Assembly: GCA_951406725.2 (NCBI GenBank)
Contig: OX597834.1
Coordinates: 13,640,001 to 13,704,000, forward strand
Origin: Octopus vulgaris
Lineage: Eukaryota
Length of the DNA: 64,000 bases
Direction: 5' to 3'
Below are positions 38,276 through 51,850 of the stretch, piece by piece. The notes beneath the pieces were generated by a model. That model did not search any database. It was not told the DNA's origin and worked only from the letters and a program-made list of their open reading frames with translations. Position numbers and translations under genes: made by a program. Within the stretch, counting starts at the first letter, position 1; each line of letters starts with the position of its first letter.

Positions 38276-38467
38276 TCGAGAAATAGCTGAGGAATGAGAA
38301 CCCAGGTTTGAAATTTGCTCCAGACACCTGATGAAGTCTGGAGGGTATATCAGACGAAACGTTGTGTTAACAAGAAACAGGATGAGGACAAATATCCATC
38401 AAATGTAAATAATATAAATAATATAAACAATGTACATAATTCCTCATCTCTTAAATATAGGACTGTA
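38272..38467 (+). mobile_element. Family F hammerhead module without tRNA head
   Basis: AACATCGA...GGAATGAGAACCCAGG...CTTAAATATAGGACTGTA matches 22452-22630 and 53150-53306. Confidence 0.8.
38323..38368 (+). ncRNA. Minimal type I hammerhead ribozyme, canonical core
   Basis: GACAC-CTGATGA-A-GTCTG(GAGGGTATAT)CAGAC-GAAA-CG-TT-GTGTT. Stems I and II are 5 bp each and helix III is the palindrome ACGT. Confidence 0.72.
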
Positions 38468-39874
38468 AGATACGTCTTAATTAGAAATAATTCTTAAGCC
38501 GACATATGTTAGATTATATGAAATATGCGTTAAATTATATCAAAGCGAGTAAATCGCACCAGAATATTCATAGTATATTTGTTGAGTAGTTAGGATCTCT
38601 ATTTACTTCCGTTCAGTCAAGTATGCAACGCCGTTGACTTCTAATTTCTAAATAAATTTAATGGAGAGAAATATCACGAGTTCTCTTCTTAAATCACATG
38701 TGTGGATAATGAAGAAGATTGGAAAAGGGGGGACAGAGGCAAGCGTTACAATGGCAGTAATTTGCGGATATTTATTTTATCAGCTCAAGAATGATAATTA
38801 ACCAATTTCAGGTAGTTGAGAATTTCAATCCGATCAACATGAGTGAAAAGTGAAATTCAGGAAGTTATTTAGTTTGGCGTTCTTCCATGTCTGCTACACC
38901 AAGAACTTATCATAACACCGAAAATTTACTTGTACTTTAAGACAGGAAACTAATACGGCTCGATTCCATTCTGAACGGAATGAACTCGACTGGTATTTCG
39001 TTCTTAGGATGTCGGTCACTCTCTTGATTAGCAGCTAATTTACGCTGAAGTGAAATTGCTTTGCGAATGTGTTCAAAATAATACATTTCAAAAGTTCTGC
39101 GTTGATAAGACTGAATTACACAGGTTTACTGATTGCGTTATTCGGTTATTGCTTACGTAGAAAAGAAAGAAGCATTTGAAAAAACAAATTATTTTGAAAA
39201 TGTTCAAAGGTGAGATATTGAATTTGAAAACGTAAATTTAAATATATTATCGCTGTTAAAAAAAATAGGTAGATACATCGAAATTGAGGTCTACTTGTCT
39301 AAGACTTTGGCAAAATACCCGCCATTTGGAGATGAGAGGGCCAAATATTATCAGTGACTACAGTACTTTACGGTATGCTATTTCGACGACCCTGGAGGGG
39401 CGAAAAGCAAAGATGACTCCCGATGAATTTTGAACTTATAAGAATTAATGCAATACATATTTTAATGACACTAAAGCGGTTTTGCCACCTTGTCGCCTTA
39501 ATTCTAATAAGAAATTTCAATAGATAATTTACATTTAGGCGATTCCTATATATATTCGTAATTTCCTTGCTTTTCATAAATACTCAAACAAACAATGGAT
39601 TATTATGTATATTAAATGTCTTATAGACCCTTTCGTAATATTAGCATCCCTATAATTAATTCTCCTCGTTTCTTGCACTGGTGAAAACCACTATTATTTA
39701 TCAACACACTTCAGGCCCGTTGTAAATGCGTAGCCTTGTCCTTTTCCAGGCAATTAATAAGGGTCTGTACCATGCAGTTTGGTATGCGTCGTTTGACATA
39801 TTCCTGGAGCTACGGGTCGTGATGAACTGTACAAACCTTAGCTAAAGGCACAAGATATTATGTCATACTTTATT

Positions 39875-40083
39875 ATATATTGAGATGCTCTGTATTTCAT
39901 TCAATTAATTTTAAATATAACAAAGAATTTAGTAAAATAACTTTGTTATCATTAAGCTAGTGTTGGGAACATAAATTGTGCCTACGATTTAGTGGAGGAT
40001 TTTAATTCAATACTTATGAAAACAAGACATTTGTACTACAGAGCCAGAGGCGGTTTTGGCCGGGTTGGTATCAAAAGGGTTAG
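39875..40083. mobile_element. piggyBac-like non-autonomous element end
   Basis: Terminus ...GGCCGGGTTGGTATCAAAAGGG|TTAG, compared with the typical AGGG|TTAA. The other end was not found. Confidence 0.4.
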
Positions 40084-40539
40084 CTATGTATAATAGTTTT
40101 GTATGGTAATATTTACAATTGCAAATTCCAGTGAGGTGTGAACTGGTGTAATTTATGAATGGTTAGCAAAGAGAGAGAGTGAGTTACTTCATAGCTGCAT
40201 GAGACAATAGGATCTCTTTGGAAACGGATAAGACGCACGTTTCTCTTAATATATTTTATCATTAAAATGATCCCATGCTGACGTCTTCATGGAAGACAGT
40301 AGGATTCGATTAGAGCCTGAATGAGCAACTATATACAGCAGGTCAGTCCGACACATTGCAGCGTGACCAGTCGGAAATCATTGTAGGCTCAATCCATGCG
40401 CACAAAAATTGCGGACTGTTATTCCTCAAAAGAGCATGCTGCTACTCGTAGAACAATTAATGTTTGGGCAAATATTTTTTATATTTCATCTTTTATCTGT
40501 TACCTGTTTCAGAATATATCGACCCCAATACTTAGTTTT

Positions 40540-40665
40540 ATTTTTAAAACCAGATACTTACTCTATCTGTCCTTTTTGCTGAACCGCCCTGCTACGGGGA
40601 CGTAAACACATCAAGTATTGATGAGGAAAGAAACAAAGACACACATACATACATACATACATACA

Positions 40666-40701
<36 letters not shown>

Positions 40702-40724
40702 TACATACATATATATATACATAC

Positions 40725-40780
<56 letters not shown>

Positions 40781-40957
40781 GCATGTATATATACACACAT
40801 AGATACATACCCACACACACACATATATACCCCCACACATACAAATATACGACGGGTTACTTTCAAGGTCCGTCTACCGAATGCACTCACAAAGCTTTGG
40901 CCGGCTTGCGGCTATAGTAGAAACACATGGTCAAAGTGTCACGAAGTGGGACTGAAT
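40540..40957 (-). mobile_element. SINE family 3, degraded, internal microsatellite expanded
   Basis: TTTTGCTGAACCGC...ACGGGGACGTAAACAC...(ACAT)n(TA)n...CACTCACAAAGCTTTGG...GTGGGACTGAA. Confidence 0.78.
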
Positions 40958-41217
40958 CTTATGAACTCACACGACCTAAGAGTCTTGTCCATATTTTCGG
41001 AAATTTTTACTTCAAAACTTGAAAACCTAGCTATCAAGCGAAAGAAGAAAACTTTTAGCGAATAGATCCCAGTACTTATCGACCTGACTTCCAGCCGCTT
41101 CTACTAGCGTTCTTTTACCAGAATCGGTACGTTACGGGAACGTAACTAAAGACCTCAAGTTAACAGCGTTCTCAGGGACACACAGACGCAAATACACACA
41201 CTTACATTCCAACGCCC

Positions 41218-41558
<341 letters not shown>

Positions 41559-41559
41559 T

Positions 41560-43160
41560 TAGGGTTATGACTTTTTCAGATGCTAATTTACACTATACTA
41601 TAATTCGATGATTAAGTTTATAAAAATCAAGAAAATATCTGTTATTTTGCTTTATTTGGAGAAAATGTCACCCTCAAGAAATTGATCACCACTTTTGACC
41701 CAAGTCATGCAAAATTCTAGCGGGTTGGATTTTATTAACACCTGCTCAAGTTTTTACTAAACTTAGTGTGCCGGCTCAATGCATTACAGACATAGAGTAT
41801 TTGAAAGTTCAGATTTCTATTTGAAGAAGTTTCGGAGTTATGGGCTTTTTAAACTATAATCAATAGGTGGCACTAGATTCTCATTTCAGATTTTCTGCAG
41901 CCTAAATCCTTGTAAACGCAAGAGGGATGTATAATAAAAGTGTATTTATACATTCTTAAGATTACTGAGTTGAAATTGCTCTATGCAAAGATTGAAAGGT
42001 AGGCCATTTTAAAAGAGAGGCCACTACAAGCATTCGAAAACATACAAAATTAAAAACAATTCATATTTTTAACTCTATAGGTTGAATTCCAATTTCAAAT
42101 GACTGTATAAGAAAAATATATTGAATATGAAGTTTTTCATTTTTACACCATAAAGATCTTGAAGGCACTCGATTGCACATTCTGCACTCATATTTCTTCT
42201 GGGAATTTCCAGTTTTGATGTTTCTCCGCTCCAAACGATTTTTACAGAGTTCGATGCTTTTCTATTAACTTGCAGCCATCACATAACTTCTGATAATCCT
42301 GTGCAGTGGATATTTGGTCAGTGAACAAAATAAAAACAAAAAAAGTCCAGCTGTAAGCGATAAATCGACACACATTGAGAAGCAAACATCTTTTTTCTGG
42401 CAGAAGAATAAATGCCAAAAGAGCTGGTATTAATCGAGAATTCCATCTTGCATGACTTAAGTTGGGTATTTTTGGAAACTTTGCAGTAGGATATTTGTCG
42501 GTTTCATCAAAGATACGAACATCTCCGGTGAAATGAAATAGAAATTTCATGTCATCTCACCATCCTGCTGATTCAGTAATCTTTTCTTCGCTATTGTTGA
42601 AATTAGCCTGGAGTTTCTCGTAGTTACTTAGAAGATCTGGGATGAATGTATATCCAATATTGGAAGATAACATTATCCCTTATAACACGAACACCTCTAT
42701 CAAAGATATGATGCTGACAACCAATAAGTTGCGGTTCTTTCAAACCCTTTATAACTGAATGACAATAATATTTCTTTTCCCAGTGTTAACACTCGTTGCA
42801 TCAGCAACAATCATCTTTACACAGTTCCATAAATTCTATTCATGTAAAAACGGCTGTTATTCCTTTCACAATAATATCGGCTTTTTCGGTTGGTGATTGG
42901 AGTGCTTCTAACGTACCTTCTATCTAGAACTAGCACTTGGTACTCTTGGTCATCAATACGTTTACCATCGAAATACAACGACCAGTTTTCTAAATGAAGT
43001 GTTTTCTTCATTTTTTTTGTTATTTTAATAGCTTCTTTGATAGTCGATTTGTAAATACCAGAGTGAGAAGAGTCTCGACATTGATTCTATCTCGACATTA
43101 TTGTCGACAAACTATTGCTACTTTTCGGGTAGATATCTTGGAACATAGAACTAACTTTAA
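41560..43160 (-). mobile_element. hATm-like DNA transposon remnant
   Basis: Minus-strand motifs in order: WSLYFDGK, MIVADATSVNTG, LIGCQHHIFD, WRDDMKFL, IPNLSHARWNSR. Terminus TAGGGT at 41560. Stops and frameshifts present. Subfamily label is from memory. Confidence 0.72.
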
Positions 43161-43179
43161 GTCTCTATAAATACATATG

Positions 43180-43217
<38 letters not shown>

Positions 43218-43222
<5 letters not shown>

Positions 43223-43501
43223 GTATATAAATTAGAGAAGAACCACCATGTAGCAATCCAACAATGATATACTTAAATCATACCATATAGAAGAAAAATT
43301 AAAGATAAAATAAAACATTTACGTAGAACTAAATAAATTACAAAATAATAAATAAATAGTATATAATTTAGTACTTCGTACATTATTTAGTTCTAGGTAA
43401 ATGTTTTATCGTATCTTTAATTTGTCTTCTATGCGGTATGATTTAAGTATATCATTGTTGAATTGCTACCTGGTGGTTCTTCTCAAATTTATATACATGT
43501 A
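43218..43501. mobile_element. Palindromic MITE-like element at a (TA)n tract
   Basis: Arms of about 118 bp (43218-43335, 43383-43501), e.g. GAGAAGAACCACCA versus TGGTGGTTCTTCTC, around an AT-rich spacer. Confidence 0.8.
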
Positions 43502-43580
43502 TTATATATTGTGAAATTTGATTTAGTAATTACTAAATTGAATTTTACCCTATAGATTTGGAATCATATTCTATAATATC

Positions 43581-43611
<31 letters not shown>

Positions 43612-43688
43612 TATGTGTGTGTGGGCGCGCGCGCGCGTGTGTGTGTTTGTGAGTGTATGGAGGCACGTGGCTTAGTGGTTAGGGTGTT

Positions 43689-43750
<62 letters not shown>

Positions 43751-44629
43751 TATATATATAGTTGTATGTATGTATATAAGTATGTATCATGTACATGTAT
43801 ATATGCATATATGATGGACTTCAACTCCACCCGCAATGAATTAGTTGCCCCTAGGCTATAGTAGAGGACACTTGCCCAATGTGCAAGTAAGTGGGACAAA
43901 ACCGGCTACTCTGTGGTTTAGAACATTCGACCACTCAGCCACGCCTTATGTAAGGCCAACATTTCATAGATAGATCATGCGATATGCTAAAATGATTTAG
44001 TTATTGGGTGCAAATTGAACAGACTAAAAAGGAGGGAGTCTGCATATATGATGACTACAGAAATGCATATTAATCTATATTTCATTTGTTTATGCATTGT
44101 TCAAAATTATGCTTGCATGACGAAAACAAAACGAGGGCATTAAGCTAAATGATACTGATGATAATGATAATTAAGATGATGCAGTTAGAGTTTAACAGGG
44201 AAGCTATACAGATCTAAAACACAAAAGATAGTAAATATATTATATGTCAGAATAAGGCCGTTTGCGTATATTAAATGAACGAATAAAATATATTAAAGTA
44301 AAGCAATTTGCGAAATTTAAATTGATTTATAGGTTTTGGAGCTCTGAAGAATTGGCGTTTTGGGTTGTTTTATCTTTTGGCGCTGCTTATCTTCAAAAGA
44401 TCAGGTTTTCAATCACGGAATATTAAATGCTTCATCATACATGCGCACAAACTGAATGTACACACATATATAGATACACTTGCATAAAAGAGAAACACAC
44501 ACACATATACACACATACAGTTGTGAGTGCAAAGTCTTATACAAATACACACATGTGCGTGTGTAATTTAATGCAAACGATATTTGTATACACGAAAGCA
44601 CTCACACACGCTTGCGCACACGCACACAC

Positions 44630-44636
44630 ATATACG

Positions 44637-44675
<39 letters not shown>

Positions 44676-44809
44676 GTATATATACTATATATATATATAT
44701 ACTATATATATATATATATACTTATATACATATATATACATACATATATATATATATATACATATATACATATATATACATACATATATATATATACATA
44801 TATATATAC

Positions 44810-44858
<49 letters not shown>

Positions 44859-44877
44859 TATATACATATATATATAC

Positions 44878-44940
<63 letters not shown>

Positions 44941-44991
44941 TATACATATATATATACATATATATACATATATATATACATATATATATAC

Positions 44992-45063
<72 letters not shown>

Positions 45064-45084
45064 GTATGTATATATATGTATATA

Positions 45085-45117
<33 letters not shown>

Positions 45118-45118
45118 T
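44630..45118 (+). repeat. (TA)n/(TACATATA)n microsatellite
   Basis: Direct inspection. Confidence 0.97.
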
Positions 45119-45408
45119 TAGAAAACAGAGGCAGAGATACGTCGTTATATAGATACGTTTTCATACCAACATACCCAAACAACTACCTTCTTACCTACCT
45201 ACTTACCTACCTACCTACCTAACAACATTCATACATACATACACACATATGTACATCATACTGTGCGCCTGTAATCCGATTTGCGTGTCAGTGTTTATAA
45301 TTTCGCGAGTGTGTAACGGTGAGTGAACGCACTTGCTTGCGTAGATTTATGCAGATTGAAATGTTTAGATACCCTGTTGCACACATTTTAACAGACACTG
45401 AAAATCAA

Positions 45409-45437
45409 ACACACACACACATACACACACACATATG

Positions 45438-45485
<48 letters not shown>

Positions 45486-45607
45486 CATAGATATACACAT
45501 ATACATATACACACACGCATACGCACATATACATACACACACACACACATACATACACACACACACACATACATACATACACACACACACATATATACAC
45601 ACACACA

Positions 45608-45680
<73 letters not shown>
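45409..45680 (+). repeat. (CA)n/(TA)n compound microsatellite
   Basis: Direct inspection. Confidence 0.95.
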
Positions 45681-46838
45681 GCAATTCTACTAAAAGTTTT
45701 ACCCCTACATACGTACGTACATTTAATTAACTAGTGGTACACAGAAAGAACCAAGAACGCTCTCGAACTAACGATGTACAGACACATAGAAGTACACGCA
45801 ACCCAAAACAAGCACACAACTCACTCGCAAACGTTCAATCGCACACACCGAGGTATAATCTGAGGCAAATACACATACACTACACACGCAAACATTGTTT
45901 TGACCTAAGCAAAATATTTTAGATATTTCAGTCTGACTTGATTTTAAAAAAGAACAAAAAAAAAAAAAAAACACAAATAAATACATCAAGATGTGGAAGA
46001 AAGGAAAAAAAAAAAGCAATTATTTAAAGGAACAAGAAATAAAGACTACATAAAATAAAATATAAAGCTCGTTAATAATACGATCATAAGCAAGAAATAA
46101 ATAAACAAGGATATAAGCAACAGATAAAACAGCTGAAATGTGCAGTCTACGAAAATATTTTATGGTTGTCTGGAATTAAGGTAGATAAGAAATTGTTGAT
46201 GGAAAATCTGAAATATTCGAGAAAGCAATGTTTAAACTGGTTTATTTAATGATTTGAAGGAGAAAAATTCCAGGAATATATATTGGTACATTTAGAGAAC
46301 AGAAAGTACTAAAGAAAGAAGGAGTCTTTCCAGAAGACAAGAACTTATTTGACGGCTGAGATTTGTGGTTATTATTTAATCTGTGCTAGGGAATTCACGA
46401 ACGAGTGTGATTGCAACAAATTTCAATATAAACTTTTCTTTTCGTTGTATTTCTTTTCATAATTTATTCACATGTAACTAGTGTACGGTGTTAGATAAGC
46501 GGCCTTAGCTGGTCGAATAGAATTCCTTTTCGTTTATACATACAGCAGAATACGCTGTAATTTCAAATCGCACATGAGTCGAGGTTATCTTTGTTTATTT
46601 CTTGCCTGCAAAAGATAAGTACCAGCGAAAAGGTTAGAGACGAATGAATCGATTACGACTGGCACCGTATGTGATTATTTAAAGAGATATATTTCAAACT
46701 GTAACATCATATATATATATATTTTCATAGATATTTCGCTTAAGCATGGTGAGACTAATAACCTGGTATAGAACTCAATATATGTATGTTACGAGGCAAA
46801 ATCTTAGATGAGTATAGAGCGGTAATAAGAAAAAGTGA

Positions 46839-47249
46839 AGGCGGCGTGCTGGCAGAAACGTTAGCACGCCGGACGAAATGCTTAGCCGTATTACGTCTGC
46901 CGTTACGTTGTGAGTTCAAATTCCGCTGAGGTCGACTTTGCCTTTCATCCTTTCGGGGTCGATAAATTAAGTACCAGTTACGCACTGGGGTCGATGTAAT
47001 CGACTTAATACCTATGTCTGTCCTTGTTTGTTCCCTCTGTGTTTAGCCCCTTGTGGGCAATTAAAGAAATAGGTATTTCGTCTGTCGTTACGTTGTGAGT
47101 TCAATTTCCGCCGAGGTCGACTTTGCCTTTCATCCTTTCGGGGTCAATAAATTAAGTACCAGTTACGCACTGGGGTTGATGTAATCGACTTAATGTCCTT
47201 GTTTGTCCCTTCTGTGTTTAGCCCCTTGTGGGTAATAAAGAAATAGGTA
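46839..47249 (+). mobile_element. SINE family 2, head plus tandem unit
   Basis: Head GGCGGCGTGCTGGCAGAAACGTTAG. Junction AAAGAAATAGGTATTTCGTCTG at about 47063. Confidence 0.9.
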
Positions 47250-48024
47250 ATAAGAAAGAGATGACACAGAACTCAGCTAAGAGTCCATTGAATTTTATAG
47301 CAGAAACAGCTAAAAGCTCACGAAATCCATTACATAAATATCACTTTGGACAGTTTGGAGTAATTGGTAGAGTACTCATCCCGTACCTGGTACGTGCGGG
47401 ATCGTATCTTGGGGGTGTCTACTGACATTTTGTTCCCCTCATATGAGGGTGAATTACCCAATCTTTCTACTGTTTTCACGGCTATACTGCCTTCGAAATA
47501 TTATTTTCTTGTCCGTATGATACGATACACATTCAACGCTCTAACACATACACACATATGTATAAATATATATAAATCAAATCAATTAATGATAATACCT
47601 TATTAAACATGAACGGATGTTATGTTTTACACCCTGTCATCTCATCCGAAGCGAATAAACCTTTTAAATTTCGATAGACTTCTACAACGGTCTATAAGAG
47701 TTTAAGATACCCAAAATCATTATCTGTTTTACACTAACTCTTATTTATGTATTCTAATCATCAATATATTTGTCTTCACATTCATTCTATCATTATGTTA
47801 AAAAAAAATTCAATTGTGTAATCGATTTCATTGCCCAGAGAAGCATTCGATCTTATTCCAATGTTTCATAACTTTGTTTATCCTGGGTATAATTTTATAT
47901 TCATGTTTATGGAAAGTATAGCTCTCGAATTTAACTCATGAAAGACAAAATATTACGTATTGATTTCAAATCTTGGCACAAAGCCAGCCAGCTATAATGT
48001 ATCATATATAAACATATAACAATG

Positions 48025-48410
48025 CGTAACTGTGGCTGTATGGTAAGAGGTATATTTCGAAACATGTGATTCAGTCCAACCGGCAACTTGGTGCGAGTGC
48101 CTTCTACTTAAGCCGCAGGTTGACGAAAGCCTTGTATGGAGATTTGATGGGCGGAAACTGAAAAAAGTCCGTCGCATATAAATGTATATCTGTGTGAGTG
48201 TACGTATCTTAGTGTATGTGTTTTTCTCTCTACCGACAGATACCGGGGTATTTACGCCCTTATGAATTAGCATGGCGGCATGAGAAAACGATAGACTCAG
48301 TACCAAGCTTGAAAACAGACAAGTACTTTGGTCTATTCATTCGGTTAGAAATTCGTTAGGGTGGTGACCATCATGACCGTCGTCCAGTTGCTAAAACATG
48401 AAAAAGATAA
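48025..48410 (+). mobile_element. SINE family 3, strongly diverged
   Basis: GTGGCTGTATGGTAAG...AAAGCCTTGT...GGAAACTGAAA...CCGTCG. Confidence 0.65.
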
Positions 48411-48500
48411 ACGACACCGTAAAACAGCAGATAAATTATATTTCTCTTTCTTTGGCATAATATCTATAAACTAACTTCTGATATGTTGGATTATATATTA

Positions 48501-48900
48501 CTAGCAGTATCGCGCGGCGTTGCTTGGGTTTGTAAGGGAAATAACTATATAAAATTTTTTAGAGAACTATAGCCAAAAAATAGCAACAAAATGATTTAAA
48601 AATGGAAAATAAATGATGGTAATTTTTTTTTTAAATCGTTGACTCATCGTAGACATTTTTAGAGAGTTACTTCCCTTATATAATAGCGAAAACAATGCAT
48701 TAAAATGGAAAAAAAATGATGGTAATTTTTTTTTTAAATCGTAGACTCATCGTAGACGCGCGCTAATACCCAGAAGGGCTCGATATGAATCACGACTATA
48801 AGATACTCGGTTTTGGTTAAACTGCACCGCAAAATGTGGGAGTAGTTAGGAATCTAAATCGTAGGAGACAGACACACAACTTGACTTTTATATATAAAGA
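48501..48900 (-). mobile_element. Non-autonomous Helitron, complete, 400 bp
   Basis: The minus strand starts TCTTTATATATAAAAG and ends with a GC-rich subterminal segment and CTAG. It sits between host A and T with no target-site duplication. Internal tandem duplication at about 48535-48750. Confidence 0.88.
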
Positions 48901-49147
48901 TTAGCTATACTCTTTTAAACATATTTAGGGTTAGAGTTAACCCGAGAGTATCCAACTAATTGTTTTGCTTTAAAACGAAATTCATGGGAGAGATATTTTT
49001 CCAAATTGTATACTTGGAAAGTAAGGTTTAAAATGTTTGTAAAACAGATGAACCTACTCTGTATGTGATACTTATACACAGCTGTCATTCAAATCTATAT
49101 TCTTCCACTGAAGTAGTCCTTAATTAATATATATATATATGTTGCAT

Positions 49148-49600
49148 CCGCCGAAGTCGACATTGCCTTTCCTGGGATCGATCTAATCGACTGTCCTCCT
49201 CACTCAAAATTTCGGCCCTTGTGCCTAGAGTAGAAAAGAATATATATGTTCCATAAGGCGGCGAGATTGCAGAAATGTTAACACGCATGACAAAATGTTT
49301 TGTGACATTTCGTCTGTTTTTACCTTCTGAGTCAATTCTGCCAATGTCAACTTCATCCTTTCAGGGGTCGATAATTTAAGTACCAGTTGCGTACTGGATT
49401 CGAACTAATCGACTGGTTCCCTCCTCTAAAAGTTTGGGACTTGTGCGTAGAACAGAAAAGAATATTTTTTCCGCCGCGGTCGACATAGCCTTCTATCCTT
49501 CCGGTGTTGAGAAATTAAGTAGCAGTTGCGTACCGGGGTCGATCTAATCGACTGTGTCCCTCCTCCAAAATTTCGAAGCTCGTACCTAGAGAAGAAAAGA
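49148..49600 (+). mobile_element. SINE family 2 cluster (three partial or full units, alternative tail)
   Basis: Three repeats of ...CTAATCGACTG..CCCTCC..AAAA.TT.GG..CTTGTGC.TAGA..AGAAAAGAA. Head at about 49257. Confidence 0.75.
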
Positions 49601-51049
49601 ACTTTTTACATAAAAGAACATTTCTTTTTATGTATTTTTGTGGAAACTGTTATTCAGGAGGTAGTTTGTATTTATTTTATATGCAAATCATCGTTAATAT
49701 TTTCTTTTTAATTAATACGTATATTTAATTCGCACCAATAGTTAATGAATACTAACTTTAAACATAGCTAAATCAAATTAGGAACACACCAATATTTTGA
49801 TTAAAATATATTTCGTAATTTACTAGGAGCTCAAGTTTCTCACGTTGTCTTCCGTTGTTTAATTCTAGTTTTATTTTAATGAAGAATACAAATATCTCTG
49901 TTCCAGGCATAACCGTTCCTGCCACACATTTTATCGAAGAAAATATTGTCTACTGTGCCCTTCTACGTTGAAGAAAAAGAAGGGTGGGTTTTCTAGGAAA
50001 TTTCGCTACTATTTCTGACAGATAGAATAGCTCCTTAGTGCCTCATTCATTGATTAACTACTGATATCGAATGGAATTAATAACACGAGGCTTGTATACA
50101 TGGCATAGCTTAATGCTTTACTCAAATATTGCTCAATTGAGTCAGAGAAGAGAACATTATACAAGTGAAACACTTATTAATAATAACATGTTGTTGGTTT
50201 TCTCTTATTTCATTGTTTAAGAAACTCCGCTAAACACAGTTCTCTGGCGTGCAAAGGACTTCTCCCACCTTATAGCCTTAGATAACAGCGATAAGGGTCT
50301 CTGATTTAGGCACATCGTCAACATTTTCAAGATTTTCTTCTTAAAATTATCCACCGCATCTCTTCACTGAAAGCTCTGTTGTTCAGTTCTAAAGGTTGAA
50401 TCATAAATTTGACCACAGCGGGACTTGAACTAAGAAACTTCGGGCTGTAACATTTATCTAAATTTACCGTTTTAATGATCTAACTCGTTTGCAAGATTGT
50501 GGCCGTTATGCAACTGACAAATTGGATTCTGATTTAGGCATATTTCCAATAAGTTCAACCGTTGGTACAATTCGATATTATCGATGCTGGGACTTCATTA
50601 AATATTTGAAAGTTGTTTTTTTTTTTTTCATTATTCCCACCGCTCATTTGATTTTGTAGAACCATTGAAAATATGAAGGTGACCTCGGCGGAATTTTGAC
50701 ATCTTGTCCCAAGCGAGTAAACATTTTAAAATTCAATAGACTTGTAGAGCGGTCTATACGGGTTAGAAATACCCGTAGGAATTATCTGTATTACACTTAC
50801 TTTTATTTATGTTTTCTAATCATCAATATATTTGTCTTCACAACATTCCATTTTTATGTTAAAAATCCAATAGTACAATCAATGTCATTGCATAGGGAAA
50901 CATTCGCACTTATCCCAATGTTTTATTACAGAACTATAACAACGAAACATTTTTTGAAACTCTCAATGGCTCTGGTAATCGGCCCCCTCACCACCTCTTA
51001 TAATAATTTCTTTATTGATAGCTAAGGTTATACACAAAGATATAAGACG

Positions 51050-51850
51050 GTATAGGACAATACCATGGGATGTGATGTGATGAAGCGGTTCAAGAATGCA
51101 TACCAAGAGTAAAATAACCAATATAATGAAACAAAAAACTCACACAAGGAAGACACCCCCAAAGGAAGAAACAATTCCGATAGTTGTTCATGGATACCCA
51201 ACTAAAATCCCATCGCCCTATTCAGTGAAGCAAGTGGCCTTTCCTAATCTTCCTCTTTCAGTCTAAAATCTCATAGTAAGAGAAGGCCTATACACTAGGA
51301 CAATTGTTGCTCCATTCAGCCACATTTCCACAAATTTCCTGGAAAGCATCAATTATATCTGAATTCTAAATATTTTGTCAAGTGGAAACAAAAATTTGAT
51401 GGCCGCTTGTACCAAGCGAAACGTGTCTGACTTTATTTATTTCAATGTGTTCCGGCATGAATCAGTATTTACTAAGGCCAGCAGAGAGACAAGCACTGTC
51501 TGTCTTCCTCAGCCAAAGAAAGCGTTGGGGGATTTTTTATATGGATTCAGTAGATAGCTCGATCTCTCCTTCAAGCGACAGCAGTTATTGGAGCCGAGTT
51601 CACAGGTCAACAATGCTCAGACACTGAACAAGTTCATGTAGATAGTTTCGTCGGTGTGCGTGCATCGTCAGCAAGCCCAGCTGAGGGCACTCTTGGTTCT
51701 AAGCACCCTGCGTCATTCTACGCTTGACACAGGTCTGCAGTTCAGTGAAGGTGACGACCTGCAGAGAAGGTAGATGACACCTGTTTACAGATGACCATCC
51801 CTGTTCAATGACAAGGAAACACTGGAGATGTCTCAGTCTCTGAAAATGTC
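51050..51850 (-). pseudogene. Tx1/L1-like LINE 3' fragment
   Basis: Minus strand C*RCTHTDETI / HELVQCLSIVDL resembles the ORF2 zinc knuckle Cx2C..ET..H...C. T-rich 3' region. Many stop codons. Confidence 0.55.

Larger units (their letters stand above)
47658..50925 (+). repeat. Older dispersed duplication of about 205 bp (47658-47867 and 50720-50924)
   Basis: Shared blocks ATAGACTT, CGGTCTATA, ATTATCTGT, TTCTAATCATCAATATATTTGTCTTCACA, TTATGTTAAAAA and CATTCG appear in the same order. Confidence 0.8.

Noticed and set aside
43546-43568. TACCCTATAGAT resembling the start of miR-10
   Set aside because: There is a seed mismatch, the 3' half is divergent, and no complementary star arm is present.
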